Of a stretch of DNA of 64,000 bases, positions 63,560 to 64,000 are shown piece by piece (the first letter of the stretch is position 1; each line of letters begins with the position of its first letter). This stretch comes from an uncultured Gammaproteobacteria bacterium. Its GTDB lineage: Bacteria; Patescibacteriota; Patescibacteriia; Magasanikbacterales; JBBTQS01. The notes under the pieces were generated by a model. The model was not told the origin of the DNA, ran no database searches, and saw only the letters and a program-made list of their open reading frames with translations. The stretch covers positions 566,359 through 630,358 of the forward strand of contig OZ246400.1 in the NCBI GenBank assembly GCA_965230935.1, given 5' to 3'. The translations under genes were made by a program, and so were the position numbers.

Positions 63560-64000
63560 TTAACTACACCCCATGGAATTCCCACAGTTCAAACATCGAT
63601 AACATGATCCATTTCGAACGGTGATATGCCCGCAGGTTTCACAAAGCGGTGCATCACCCATCATCTCCTCAAGAAGTGCATCCATTGCATCACCAGATTT
63701 TGCTGCCTTACTTGCTGGCGGTGTGGTTGTTGTAGAAACGGCTGTCGCGGTACTTGCACTCGCACTTGGTGTCTTCTCCTTCACAAATAACTTTTCTTGA
63801 CCTTCTGATACTGGCACCATACCACTTGCTTCTTCACGTTCTTGCACCAATTGCTTCATTGCCTCGGCACGCTGTTTCTGTGTTCCTTTTGGCGGCACTT
63901 GTACCAGATCAGTTCGTCCTAAATACTCCATAGCCAATACCCGGAATACATAATCCACTACTGAGGTACACATCTTTACATTAGGATGGTTGGTAAATCC
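63560..64000 (-). CDS. 3' end of a larger gene whose C-terminal tail has a CxxC..CxxC zinc ribbon (possibly class II ribonucleotide reductase); 5' end lies beyond the window
   Basis: ...CETCGHITVRNGSCYRCLNCGNS* tail after an S/T/A-rich linker. The frame is open to the window edge. Confidence 0.3.
   Translation of the reverse strand, partial: GFTNHPNVKMCTSVVDYVFRVLAMEYLGRTDLVQVPPKGTQKQRAEAMKQLVQEREEASGMVPVSEGQEKLFVKEKTPSASASTATAVSTTTTPPASKAAKSGDAMDALLEEMMGDAPLCETCGHITVRNGSCYRCLNCGNSMGCS

Overview
This 64-kb window looks like a chromosomal segment from a small-genome, low-GC (about 40-45%) bacterium. The gene content is most consistent with Patescibacteria/CPR, Saccharibacteria-like. Supporting genes include FemAB, a type IV pilus PilB ATPase, a type-2 IleRS, an LTD/OB-fold surface protein, a histone-H1-like KRKPA-repeat protein, and a ThrRS lacking the N-terminal TGS domain.

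The housekeeping backbone carries ruvA, pepA, ileS, rpiB, an rpe-like gene, miaA, thrS, ftsH, rpsA, gyrA, rpmF (missed by the ORF track), nusB, rnc, a 23S-5S rRNA pair on the minus strand with no 16S in the window, and nine tRNAs.

Seven GC-anomalous islands (about 55-65% GC) are superimposed on this backbone at about 19.7, 27.0, 34.3, 41.0, 48.4, 56.3 and 61.1-61.9 kb. Each holds one or two genes. Each ends in the same 3' module: direct ACACAAC-type CA-rich repeats on the sense strand, followed by a GC-rich, often bulged hairpin. I regard this repeated cassette architecture as the most unusual signal in the window. I cannot tell from sequence whether it is a natural gene-delivery system or an assembly/design artifact.

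Islands C and D deliver extra GT81 (glucosyl-3-phosphoglycerate-synthase-like) paralogs into an 11-kb minus-strand sugar or compatible-solute locus. That locus already contains a low-GC GT81 gene plus an RHH-nucleotidyltransferase, a glycoside hydrolase, a ROK kinase, a TrmB regulator, a HAD phosphatase and an oxidoreductase.

Island F is a two-gene operon encoding a 772-aa protein of unknown function and a SAM-dependent methyltransferase. It has palindromic operators.

No CRISPR array, integrase or transposase is visible.
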